From a virus: a stretch of DNA of 17,813 nt. The position numbers were made by a program, and so were the translations under genes. The stretch lies in the UHGV virus genome UHGV-0388612. One strand, given 5' to 3'. The notes beneath the pieces are model-generated. The model made no database searches. It saw nothing but the letters and a program-made list of their open reading frames with translations, and had not been told where the DNA came from. This document shows positions 1-7,274 of the stretch, in pieces (the first letter of the stretch is position 1; each line of letters opens with the position of its first letter).

Positions 1-79
1 GTGATGATCATAATCCCATCCTAACAATATCCCGAAACCAGTTGTTGAGCTTCATGGACTCGTACCGCACGCACCCCAT

Positions 80-328
80 CTATGGCATCCATTGAACAAC
101 GCTTTTACGTACAGGAACAACTTTGAAGATTGTGTGCAAGGATGTGGGTGCCTGTTTGCATCGTTTATTGTAGTGCTTTATAGCCTTGTCCTTATCTGTG
201 AACGAAACGATAAGTTCACCGTCGCACCAGTATTCGTACTTAACATCCTCATGCGCAGATAGCATAGATGCTCCTTTCGTATTTGAATCAGTACATTCTA
301 CAAAATCATAGAAGCCACGCTTGCGCAT
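80..328 (-). CDS. hypothetical small Cys-containing protein (82 aa)
   Basis: ATG-initiated ORF MRKRGFYDFVECTD... at the distal end of the terminal cassette. The composition looks protein-like. The Shine-Dalgarno is weak (GGGGAT about 10 nt upstream). It overlaps the preceding ORF by 31 nt in another frame. Confidence 0.35.
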   Translation of the reverse strand: MRKRGFYDFVECTDSNTKGASMLSAHEDVKYEYWCDGELIVSFTDKDKAIKHYNKRCKQAPTSLHTIFKVVPVRKSVVQWMP

Positions 329-600
329 ATTCCAATCATCCCCATCGTCATACCGATAACCGCAAGTTTTAAGTTCCTTTCTGTTCTTGTCATCATTTCA
401 ACATCAACCCGTCCAATTCGTGTGTACAAATCATCACAAGTCTTTGAAATGGAATCGAACTGCTCACGACGTGTACCAATCTCGTCCTGCAAGTCATCAT
501 TCAAATCAAGCATCATGCTGTTGTACTTGTCCTGAATGGAACTCACTGTACCCATCTGTGGCTCGTTCGGTGTCTCAAACTCCATGAACTCTGCAACCAT
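298..600 (-). CDS. hypothetical protein with C-terminal hydrophobic segment (about 100 aa)
   Basis: The ORF-track entry 298..696 begins at a GTG. I prefer the internal ATG at 598-600 (MVAEFMEFETPNEP...), which directly abuts the stop of the upstream 60-aa membrane ORF (602-604) and is preceded by GGGGGTAAG. The C-terminus LKLAVIGMTMGMIGICASVASMIL is TM-like. Confidence 0.4.
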   Translation of the reverse strand: MVAEFMEFETPNEPQMGTVSSIQDKYNSMMLDLNDDLQDEIGTRREQFDSISKTCDDLYTRIGRVDVEMMTRTERNLKLAVIGMTMGMIGICASVASMIL

Positions 601-601
601 C

Positions 602-784
602 TTACCCCCAATACGCGAACTGATAACAAACCAACAGGCATCCGATAATGACGATGCCCACACCTGCACGTGCTGCGCGTATGTTCTCGCGCTCACGTCT
701 CCAACACGTGTTGCAATCCGTGCTTGTCAACGAACAATAGACTAGCGCGGTACCGAACAGAATCACGGCTATGCAGACTAGCAT
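602..784 (-). CDS. small membrane protein, two predicted TM helices (60 aa)
   Basis: ATG at 782-784 overlaps the stop of the upstream 95-aa ORF by 7 nt (778-784), suggesting coupling. It has two hydrophobic stretches (LVCIAVILFGTALVYCSL and GVGIVIIGCLLVCYQFAYWG) separated by a charged loop RRERENIRAAR. Confidence 0.45.
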   Translation of the reverse strand: MLVCIAVILFGTALVYCSLTSTDCNTCWRRERENIRAARAGVGIVIIGCLLVCYQFAYWG

Positions 785-1065
785 TTCTTCCCCGTCACCG
801 TTGAAACGTACTCGAAGAACTCGTTCACATCACTGTCCATGTCGAACATGATTCCGCTCAACGGTTCGCTGGTTTTCGGCTTAACCCTAGTGGTGAACCC
901 GCTCTCCTTCCCGTCCATGTACTCGATAATCTCGAACAGTTCCTTGCTGGCGCAAATCAGCAGCCCGTCACCACCAGCTTGCTCTTCCATGAGAAGTTCC
1001 AACGGGCAACACTTGTGGAGTATGTACACCTCTCCGTCACGGTAGGAATAGAACAACTTACCCAT
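778..1065 (-). CDS. hypothetical acidic protein (95 aa), first gene after terminator/promoter junction
   Basis: ATG at 1063-1065 with SD GAAAGGA 7 nt upstream. A sigma-A-like promoter lies about 35 nt upstream. Confidence 0.5.
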   Translation of the reverse strand: MGKLFYSYRDGEVYILHKCCPLELLMEEQAGGDGLLICASKELFEIIEYMDGKESGFTTRVKPKTSEPLSGIMFDMDSDVNEFFEYVSTVTGKKC

Positions 1066-1101
1066 AGCACAGTCCTTTCAATCGGTTTTGCCTGCAATAG
1101 T

Positions 1102-1130
1102 ATAGTATCAAAAACCACTTGCCTTGTCAA
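1102..1130 (-). promoter_or_regulatory. sigma-A-like promoter: TTGACA, 17-nt spacer, extended -10 TGaTACTAT
   Basis: Minus-strand read: TTGACA (1130..1125), AGGCAAGTGGTTTTTGA, TACTAT (1107..1102). The predicted TSS is about 30 nt upstream of the ATG at 1065. The -35 overlaps the U-tract of the preceding terminator. Confidence 0.5.
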
Positions 1131-1160
1131 GAAGAAAAGCAGCCCTCTTCCGAGGGCTGC
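1131..1160 (-). terminator. Rho-independent terminator after endolysin gene
   Basis: Perfect 9-bp GC stem GCAGCCCTC / GAGGGCTGC with a 4-nt loop, followed on the minus strand by UUUUCUUCUUG. It begins 3 nt after the endolysin stop (1164-1166). Confidence 0.7.
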
Positions 1161-1163
1161 AAG

Positions 1164-2111
1164 CTAGATGCCGTAATACACGCTGTTCACATAGTCCTGC
1201 ACAGTCTGGTAGTCATAACCAGCAGCCGTAAGGCGGTCGTACCTGTCCTGACCGTTTCCGTAGTTGCCAAGGTACACGTCGTATGCAACGTCGGCAATCC
1301 AATCGGAACCAGTTGAACCGCCGCCGATGCCGTAATACACACGGTTCACATAGTCCTGCACGGTCTGATAGTCATAACCAGCAGCTTCAAGATTGTACTG
1401 TCGCTCTGGCTGGTTTCCGTACCATCCCTGCAACACACCGTATGCGGCTTCCTCGATGCTGCCAGGAACAGGCGCTTCTGGCGTATCGGGTGCGGAACCC
1501 TCGCCATCGTCATAGGTCATAGCAGACGGGTTGTCGAGGTAATACTGAACAAGGTTCTCGAAATCGCCCCAAGTCTTGCCCCACTTTGCGAAGTACGGAA
1601 TAGGGTCAACGTGGTCTGTGCCGCCCCACACGTAACGCGCTTCGTTGTGGGACACCATTCTGTCGATGCCCCAACCCTGCTGGTTGAGGTACACGGCGCA
1701 CCATTGCGCCGCCGTGTCGAATCCAACCTCGAAGTCGTGCTGGTTGGTGGCTTCGCAAATCTCGATGCCGACGCTGTACCAGTTTCCGTTGCCAACGTGC
1801 CACGCAACGGCGTTTCCGCTCATGGTCTGGTACACCGTGCCGCCGTCAGTCCAGTCGACGACCCAATGAGCCATAGGCGCATCATTGCCCATTCGCTGCC
1901 AATACTGAACATGGTTCCAAGCTGTCGCACCCTCGTTAGCAGTGGAATGCACCACAAGGTTCTGCGGTTGGAACCAACCGTGGCCGTCCGCAATGATGTT
2001 GTCGTATTCCGTCCATGCGTATGCGGGCGCGGCTGTGCCGACCAGCATAGCGAACACGGCAAGCGCCGTGATTGCGCCGATTCTAAGACGCTTCATAAAA
2101 GTGCCGATCAT
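1164..2111 (-). CDS. endolysin: Sec-type signal peptide + Amidase_2 (PGRP-like N-acetylmuramoyl-L-alanine amidase) + 2 CW_7 cell-wall-binding repeats
   Basis: Preferred start is the ATG at 2109-2111 (MIGTFMKRLRIGAITALAVFAMLVGTAAPAYA|WTEYD), with SD GGAGGG 5 nt upstream. It has an n-region, h-region and AYA cleavage motif typical of a signal peptide. The catalytic region carries an Amidase_2-like block (WHVGNGNWYSVGIEICE ... VSHNEA). The C-terminus holds two 40-aa repeats ...GN(Y/W)GNGx(D/E)RxxRLxAAGYDYQTVQDYVN..., matching the CW_7 motif known from pneumococcal phage Cpl-7-type lysins. Confidence 0.85.
   Translation of the reverse strand: MIGTFMKRLRIGAITALAVFAMLVGTAAPAYAWTEYDNIIADGHGWFQPQNLVVHSTANEGATAWNHVQYWQRMGNDAPMAHWVVDWTDGGTVYQTMSGNAVAWHVGNGNWYSVGIEICEATNQHDFEVGFDTAAQWCAVYLNQQGWGIDRMVSHNEARYVWGGTDHVDPIPYFAKWGKTWGDFENLVQYYLDNPSAMTYDDGEGSAPDTPEAPVPGSIEEAAYGVLQGWYGNQPERQYNLEAAGYDYQTVQDYVNRVYYGIGGGSTGSDWIADVAYDVYLGNYGNGQDRYDRLTAAGYDYQTVQDYVNSVYYGI
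1170..1390. repeat. tandem DNA repeat (units about 1170-1231 and 1329-1390, period 159 nt, about 90% identical) encoding the two CW_7 modules
   Basis: gccgtaatacacgctgttcacatagtcctgcacagtctggtagtcataaccagcagc versus gccgtaatacacacggttcacatagtcctgcacggtctgatagtcataaccagcagc, read directly from the sequence. Confidence 0.75.
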
Positions 2112-2112
2112 T

Positions 2113-2295
2113 CTAACCCTCCATCTTGTCCACATGGTCATCGAACTTCGTGGTGAGCGCGGTAATGGCAAGCGTGAGGTCTTTCAGCGTGTCGTTCATC
2201 TTGACGTAAAGCCACCCCATGAAGCAGCAAGCCACGATAGGGAACCCCACGCTGCCGATAGCCGTGATCACCATATCGAACGTAGTAGTGTCCAT
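2113..2295 (-). CDS. putative holin (60 aa, single TM)
   Basis: Strong SD GGAAGGAGG 6 nt upstream of the ATG at 2293-2295. One 24-aa hydrophobic helix (MVITAIGSVGFPIVACCFMGWLYV) is followed by a charged C-terminal tail. Its stop lies 1 nt from the endolysin start. The call is by position and architecture only. Confidence 0.5.
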   Translation of the reverse strand: MDTTTFDMVITAIGSVGFPIVACCFMGWLYVKMNDTLKDLTLAITALTTKFDDHVDKMEG

Positions 2296-2308
2296 TTCAA
2301 CCTCCTTC

Positions 2309-3334
2309 CTAAAATCCCAGATAGTCGAACACGTTGTTGAAGAACTCTCGCGTCTCGATAGTGTCGAAGAACACGCTTCCCTGCATGTACAGCTTGCGAA
2401 CGCTTCTCAACACGACACTAGACTTCTCTATCATAAGCAGGTTAGGCTGCATATCCGATTTTGTCAAGACGTAAACAAGAGCATCCTTCGGGTACCTGCT
2501 TGAAACGTAGTAGGCACCTTCCGTGTAGTCCACCCAAACACCGACCGTCCTGTTGTCGAACCGCAACGCGAAGTAGAATCTCGCTTCCTCCGATTTCTTG
2601 GCGATGAACTTGTCGTTGTCATCGTAGAACATGTTTCCCACTGCGTAATCGTAATAGGACGTTCCACGTATCATCTGACCGAATCTTGTCGTGTCCACGT
2701 GCGCCCTGAACCGATCGCTCTGCACAATCTCTACACACATGTACCCTTTGTGCGCCATGAGAAAGCGCTTTCCCTTCCTCGGCTTCAACCTCCATCCGAT
2801 GAAGTACGGATTGGTGAGCGCCACGGCGTTAGCCATGAACATAACCTTAACCCTGTCCTGAAATCGGTCAACCGTGTTGTAGAAGTCTTGGAACTGCTTC
2901 AACTCGTTTTGCAAGTAATGCAGCGAACCCTTGTCAATGATGAACTCGTCAAATCCTATCATATCAACGTCGGGATAGGGTACAGACTTTTTGGTCAGCG
3001 CGTTTGCCAACGTGATGAAGAAACATAGCACGCGCCATTTCTCTGGCTTTTCATCACCTATCGCAACCTTTCTGATGTACCCTTTCATTCCCTCAACTTT
3101 GAACTCCCACGATGGGAAGCGGTCAACAATATCCTGAAAGAACTCCTGCTTGTCATCGAACTCCGACTTGTATCTGCGCAAGTATATGAACTGCTTACCA
3201 GTCTTTATGAAATGCCTGATTCGTTTGTACTTGAAATCATACGTCTTGCCAGTGCCACGCCCGCCGATAACGAAATTGAACATAGCGTTGCGCGTCATAA
3301 TGTCGTGAGAATCGTAATACATGCTGTCGCTCAT
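2309..3334 (-). CDS. DNA packaging ATPase (phi29 gp16 family)
   Basis: Similarity along the length to phi29 gp16. Walker A is FNFVIGGRGTGKTY (phi29 NFVIGARGIGKSY). Walker B is MIGFDEF (phi29 TIVFDEF). Also FIYLRRYK, NPYF and GVWVD blocks match. The chosen start is the ATG at 3332-3334 (MSDSMYYD...), which overlaps the upstream stop as ATGA. The first in-frame ATG at 3355 has no SD. Confidence 0.9.
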   Translation of the reverse strand: MSDSMYYDSHDIMTRNAMFNFVIGGRGTGKTYDFKYKRIRHFIKTGKQFIYLRRYKSEFDDKQEFFQDIVDRFPSWEFKVEGMKGYIRKVAIGDEKPEKWRVLCFFITLANALTKKSVPYPDVDMIGFDEFIIDKGSLHYLQNELKQFQDFYNTVDRFQDRVKVMFMANAVALTNPYFIGWRLKPRKGKRFLMAHKGYMCVEIVQSDRFRAHVDTTRFGQMIRGTSYYDYAVGNMFYDDNDKFIAKKSEEARFYFALRFDNRTVGVWVDYTEGAYYVSSRYPKDALVYVLTKSDMQPNLLMIEKSSVVLRSVRKLYMQGSVFFDTIETREFFNNVFDYLGF

Positions 3335-4602
3335 AGGTACCGTCTCACCTCCCAATAATACATGTACCGTGGATAGTTCCTAGCATCGGTTGTGGTTTGG
3401 TCTGGTCCGTAATCGGGTCCACCATGTCCCCAAAGTTCATTGTTGCCCATGTACAGTTCAACGTGGTCAAATGAGCCGTTCCAACCATTCCACATAATCA
3501 GCACCAAATCGGCTGGCTCCATATCCTCGATGGGTAGGTTGTCACCAGAATAGCCGCTTGCTATCTTCGTCCCCTTGCCCGCCATAGCGCCCGTCCACGT
3601 GCCAACGTCGATTCCAGCAACCTGCTGGTACGCGAACCACACCGTAGAAGAACAGTCACCATATCCGCTGCTTATGGGGTCAAGCCGTCCAGCACCCTGC
3701 GAGTACGCGAACCTGTCAAGCCATGAGCGGTACAATTCGCATATGGCGTTCTGCGCTTCGCTTCCGCTCTCCGAACCGCCGCCCTCGTTGCCGCCGCCAA
3801 TGTCAGTTCCGTTCGCGTTGTACCCGTTAATCCAAACCTGTCCAGATGCGGGATAGAATATAACGCCTTTTTCGTACTCGTCTCTGCCATATAATATGAG
3901 TGTATCGCCATTTTGAATTATGTACCCCAACTTGCTTTCTTCTGTGCTAATCCCAGGGTTGTTGCCCCCCGGCGTTGTGTCAACGTCTCCGCTCTGACCG
4001 AAATCAGGCGGGTTGCTCTCACCGTCCCAATCCTTCAATCTCTGGTACACGGTGTTGTAGCGATTCCTGTACTGCCCAAGAACTCCGTGGTTCATGCAAA
4101 CGGTGTAAATCCTATCGAGGTCGGCGCTGCCGCCCGCCGTCGCTATCACCTGCCCCGCACTTGCTGGTGATTGATGGTACATGCTCATTGCGAAAATCAA
4201 CGGTTTAGGATAGGACTGACTCATGCCCCAATTTTCAAGCGTTGTGATGTACCCCTCGAAATCCACAATCGCCTGATTCTCTTGAATAACGTGGTTCTCT
4301 TTTTCTTGGAAAACAGTTATGATGCTGTTTCCCTCGTCCCTGTTAAGGTACCTGCTAGTCCACCATGTACTACCAGCATCATGGGATTCAATGTCCGAAC
4401 GCAACGAAGCAGCCAACTGCCCGTAGGCAGTTGGCATTTCGTTTTTGATGCGGTTGAGCAGCGCAGCAGCCCGTGTACCATACCACTGCATCATCCCTAT
4501 CGTGATAGGGTCGTTGTAGTTCACGGCAGTCCAATTCCAGTTGGATTCTACCTCGCCGATAACGTACATGGCATAATAGCATATGGTTCTGGTACTTGGC
4601 AT
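3331..4602 (-). CDS. tail-associated peptidoglycan hydrolase (phi29 gp13 position): N-terminal lysozyme-like domain, Gly-rich linker, C-terminal NlpC/P60-like cysteine peptidase
   Basis: N-terminus GEVESNWNW...GMMQWYG resembles the lysozyme-like (glutamate-dependent) tail lysin fold. A GGGNEGGGSESGSE linker follows. The C-terminus carries YGDCSSTVWFAY ... FDHVELYMG, a Cys...His arrangement typical of NlpC/P60. SD AAGGAGTGA sits 3 nt upstream of the ATG at 4600-4602. Confidence 0.7.
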   Translation of the reverse strand: MPSTRTICYYAMYVIGEVESNWNWTAVNYNDPITIGMMQWYGTRAAALLNRIKNEMPTAYGQLAASLRSDIESHDAGSTWWTSRYLNRDEGNSIITVFQEKENHVIQENQAIVDFEGYITTLENWGMSQSYPKPLIFAMSMYHQSPASAGQVIATAGGSADLDRIYTVCMNHGVLGQYRNRYNTVYQRLKDWDGESNPPDFGQSGDVDTTPGGNNPGISTEESKLGYIIQNGDTLILYGRDEYEKGVIFYPASGQVWINGYNANGTDIGGGNEGGGSESGSEAQNAICELYRSWLDRFAYSQGAGRLDPISSGYGDCSSTVWFAYQQVAGIDVGTWTGAMAGKGTKIASGYSGDNLPIEDMEPADLVLIMWNGWNGSFDHVELYMGNNELWGHGGPDYGPDQTTTDARNYPRYMYYWEVRRYL

Positions 4603-4612
4603 CGTTCACTCC

Positions 4613-5539
4613 TTACTGCGCGCCGAAGTACACAAGCCCAACGCCGTTTACCGTTCCAGCACTGTGCGCTTGGGAATCCCAAACTGACAGTTTCACCGCA
4701 CCGCTGGGATAGACGTGCAAGATGCCCCAACCGCTGAAACAGGATTGCGACATCAATCGCGTGGGTCGGTACCCTTCGGGAACGGTGCCAAGCGCGGTGT
4801 TTATCCAGTTGCCGCTGCCAGAAGTGTTGAGAGATGTGTTGTCAAGCTGCACGCTGACAACCTTGGTAATGCTGTTGGCATAAACGGAAAACGTGCCAGA
4901 ACCAGAGATACCGTCACTGTAATTAACGGTCTTAGCTGCAATAAGAGGCTTGGGAGCAAGCGCGCTTCTAAGCTCGTTAATCTGGTCTGCGACCATCTTC
5001 GGCGATGCCGCAGTGCCAGTGGACGCAGCAGCCGCGCCGTCGTCCACAACCTTCAAATGCCCGAAGTTCGTAGACGAACCCTGACCATAGGTGTTGGCGG
5101 TGCTTGCGTGATCGGTCGGTGCTTTCCCGTTCACGGCAGTCTGCAATCCGTTAATGTCGTTCTGCGCTTCCGTGATATCGCCCTCTGCCGCGGTCACGCG
5201 ACCAGTGAGCGACGTAACGTCGGATTGCGTGTCCGCAATGCCGCTCTCGTTGGTCTTTGCGAGGGAAAGCGCGTCATTAGCCGTCTTTTGAACGTCCGTG
5301 ATTTGCGTCCCGTGCGTCTCCACAGTGGATTCCAGCGCCGAAATGCCCTTCTGCGCTTCGGTCATCTGCGTTTGCAGCGTGAGAACGTTGGCGTTGGCGT
5401 TGGTAACGTCATCCGCGCTCTTCTTCATCTGCGTGTCAATCTTTCCCATTGCGGCGTTGTACTGGTCACGCAGGTTCGGCTTGTCAGCCGAAGCGTACAG
5501 GTCAAGATTGTAGTTCGGCGTGTATTCCGTAGCCATCAT
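4613..5539 (-). CDS. tail fibre / receptor-binding protein, long paralog (308 aa): conserved N-terminal anchor, Ala/Thr/Gln-rich coiled-coil stalk, beta-rich C-terminal head
   Basis: N-terminal 39 aa are about 56% identical to the adjacent 119-aa ORF (MMATEYTPNYNLDLYASADKPNLRDQYNAAMGKIDTQMK). The central region has a heptad-like TQ/AE-rich sequence. The C-terminus ends ...GLVYFGAQ like its paralog (GIVYFKPAS). It shares an identical 24-nt start/RBS element with the paralog. Confidence 0.6.
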   Translation of the reverse strand: MMATEYTPNYNLDLYASADKPNLRDQYNAAMGKIDTQMKKSADDVTNANANVLTLQTQMTEAQKGISALESTVETHGTQITDVQKTANDALSLAKTNESGIADTQSDVTSLTGRVTAAEGDITEAQNDINGLQTAVNGKAPTDHASTANTYGQGSSTNFGHLKVVDDGAAAASTGTAASPKMVADQINELRSALAPKPLIAAKTVNYSDGISGSGTFSVYANSITKVVSVQLDNTSLNTSGSGNWINTALGTVPEGYRPTRLMSQSCFSGWGILHVYPSGAVKLSVWDSQAHSAGTVNGVGLVYFGAQ

Positions 5540-5555
5540 TCACTCCCTTCTACGA
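5532..5555. repeat. 24-nt perfect direct repeat copy 1 (gccatcattcactcccttctacga) spanning start codons and RBS of fibre gene 2
   Basis: Identical to 5902-5925. On the minus strand it reads TCGTAGAAGGGAGTGAATGATGGC (SD AAGGGAGTGA plus ATGATG). Confidence 0.85.
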
Positions 5556-5909
5556 TGCGGGCTTGAAGTACACAATGCCCGCTTTGGTCACTTTTGCTTC
5601 CGACAACTGCTGCACAGTCAGAGTTGTGTCGTTATCTTGCGGCTTAAACGAACCGCCTTCCAAATTGGCCACCCTGCCCGTGAGCGCGGTGATTGCCGCT
5701 TCGTTCGCGTTAGCCGTTTCCAACGCGCTGTCTGCTGTGGACTTAGCCGTACCTGCCGCCGACGTTGCGGATGCCGCTTCGTCGGAATTGGCTTTCATCT
5801 GCGTGTCGATTTTCTCCATCGCCTGATTGTACGCACCCGTAAGGTCTGGCGCGTCCGTGTCGGCGTAAGTCGGCAACTGATAGTTAGTCGTTGGCGTTCC
5901 TGCCATCAT
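5550..5909 (-). CDS. tail fibre / receptor-binding protein, short paralog (119 aa)
   Basis: N-terminus MMAGTPTTNYQLPTYADTDAPDLTGAYNQAMEKIDTQMK is paralogous to the 308-aa protein, followed by an Ala-rich stretch and a short C-terminal domain. Its start overlaps the upstream stop (ATGA). Confidence 0.55.
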   Translation of the reverse strand: MMAGTPTTNYQLPTYADTDAPDLTGAYNQAMEKIDTQMKANSDEAASATSAAGTAKSTADSALETANANEAAITALTGRVANLEGGSFKPQDNDTTLTVQQLSEAKVTKAGIVYFKPAS

Positions 5910-5925
5910 TCACTCCCTTCTACGA
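5902..5925. repeat. 24-nt perfect direct repeat copy 2 at start of fibre gene 1
   Basis: Identical to 5532-5555. Confidence 0.85.
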
Positions 5926-6508
5926 AGTACCCGTCCCGCACCTCACCGTTAGCGAGAATCGAGCATGTCAGCTTCCCATCGAGCGGCGGTGCGCCGTCGT
6001 ATGTGATGCCCTCTGGCACGAAATCGTCCCCCATGAGGTACCCGCTGAAAACGGCCAATCCACGAACATTCAAGCCGCATTCCGCAAGCTGGTCAACGGT
6101 CAAGTCAAGCTGCGCGAGCGTGTCAACGGTGATTGCATGTACCGTAACGTCGTTGAAGAAATCTCGCATTGCGCGAACGTTGCCCGTGTACCTGCCAACC
6201 GTGACGTTCCAGATAAGCAAGCCAACCTGCGAACCTGCAATCAGGTCGCGCAACTCCTTGTCCAGCTTGGCAATCTCCGAATCCGTGTACCCTTCAAGCT
6301 GTTCAGTCTGCGCTACCTGCTCCGCATGAATCTGGCTCTTGAAGTCATCGAACTCAACCGTGGTCACAAAATCGCTGTCGATGTTGGCAATCTTGCCGAA
6401 CAGACAAGCGATCTGCTGCTCCACGGATAGCGATTCGTCGTACACTAGCGGGGTTGTAATCTGGTTGCACGTTCGCCCGCCGCCAAGAAACGGATAGTAG
6501 ATTCCCAT
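5906..6508 (-). CDS. hypothetical tail/neck structural protein (200 aa) between lower collar and fibres
   Basis: The track ORF begins with GTG. The preferred ATG at 6506-6508 (MGIYYPFLGGGRT...) has SD GGGAGGTGA 5 nt upstream, and that SD overlaps the gp11-like stop. I recognise no homolog. Its position suggests a fibre adaptor or appendage-anchor role. Confidence 0.5.
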   Translation of the reverse strand: MGIYYPFLGGGRTCNQITTPLVYDESLSVEQQIACLFGKIANIDSDFVTTVEFDDFKSQIHAEQVAQTEQLEGYTDSEIAKLDKELRDLIAGSQVGLLIWNVTVGRYTGNVRAMRDFFNDVTVHAITVDTLAQLDLTVDQLAECGLNVRGLAVFSGYLMGDDFVPEGITYDGAPPLDGKLTCSILANGEVRDGYFVEGSE

Positions 6509-6521
6509 AAATCTCACCTCC

Positions 6522-7274
6522 CTAAAGCGCGTTCCAATAATCAGTGTATATACCCATGAAAAGCTCGTTCAAATCGCCTATAACCATCATGTCGATGTTC
6601 AGGAACGTCTCACGGAACTGCATGAGGGCTTGTGCCTTGGTGATACCCGATATGCCGCTCACGTGCGTGACGTAATCCTCCAACGTCTTTGAACTCGCCT
6701 TCGTGGTGTCGCTTGCTTCGCTTTCCGCATTGCTGTCCTGCTCACTCGTTCCCTTCGCAGTCGTGTTGCTCGTGCTGTCAGTGAGGTTGGTCGCGTAGTC
6801 CTCGTTCCCAGAAAGCTGCATCTGCGGTGTCGTGCTTACCACGGTTCGCGCCGTGCTGTCGGTGTCGTTCACCGTCTCGCTCGTTGCCTTGGTAGCCGTG
6901 TTCTCGGTACGCGAATAGTCCCTAGACTGGTCAGACGTTCCGCTCGTGCTTCCCTCCGTGCGCATGTCATAGTTGCTGAACGGGTCGAAATCCTGCAACG
7001 CGCTCTTGTACAGTTGATTGTAGAACGGCATAATCTCGTTCATCTTGCGGTTCAGAAAACGCCTGAAAAGCGCGGGAGTCTCCTGCCCAATCTCTCGAAA
7101 GAAGAAATGCTCAACAATCTTCGCGTTCAGCGGCGCACGGTATTCTTCATCGAAAATGGGGTATTTGTCAAGCCCCAAATCGAATCCGTTTTCGACAAGC
7201 GAACCCAACTCCACCGTGAAGATTGCCCCACGATGATAGGGAACGCCGCACTCTCCGTCCTCGTACAAACTCAT
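6522..7274 (-). CDS. lower collar protein (phi29 gp11 position), Ser/Thr-rich central region
   Basis: Called by position, immediately after the connector gene. The start ATG overlaps the connector stop (ATGA). SD GGAGGTG is 7 nt upstream. The low-complexity ST-rich middle is compatible with long beta-hairpin collar proteins. I could not confirm homology from memory. Confidence 0.55.
   Translation of the reverse strand: MSLYEDGECGVPYHRGAIFTVELGSLVENGFDLGLDKYPIFDEEYRAPLNAKIVEHFFFREIGQETPALFRRFLNRKMNEIMPFYNQLYKSALQDFDPFSNYDMRTEGSTSGTSDQSRDYSRTENTATKATSETVNDTDSTARTVVSTTPQMQLSGNEDYATNLTDSTSNTTAKGTSEQDSNAESEASDTTKASSKTLEDYVTHVSGISGITKAQALMQFRETFLNIDMMVIGDLNELFMGIYTDYWNAL

Noticed and set aside
1-40. 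Possible inverted terminal repeat between window ends
   Set aside because: The reverse complement of the last 30 nt does not match the first 30 nt. The window edges are probably not the genome termini, so ITR and TP-linked ends cannot be assessed here.
602-696. N-terminal extension of ORF 298..696 (GTG start)
   Set aside because: It overlaps the better-supported 60-aa membrane ORF (602-784) in another frame. The internal ATG at 600 abuts that stop.
1611-2156. 181-aa plus ORF and other plus/minus alternative-frame ORFs inside the endolysin gene (1517-1869, 1820-2062, 1942-2340)
   Set aside because: They overlap the Amidase_2/CW_7 endolysin, whose frame is supported by domain signatures. They have no RBS.
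4715-6329. 283-aa and 269-aa plus-strand ORFs (4715-5566, 5520-6329)
   Set aside because: They are antisense to the fibre paralogs and the 200-aa structural gene. They are Arg-rich and low-complexity and have no SD.
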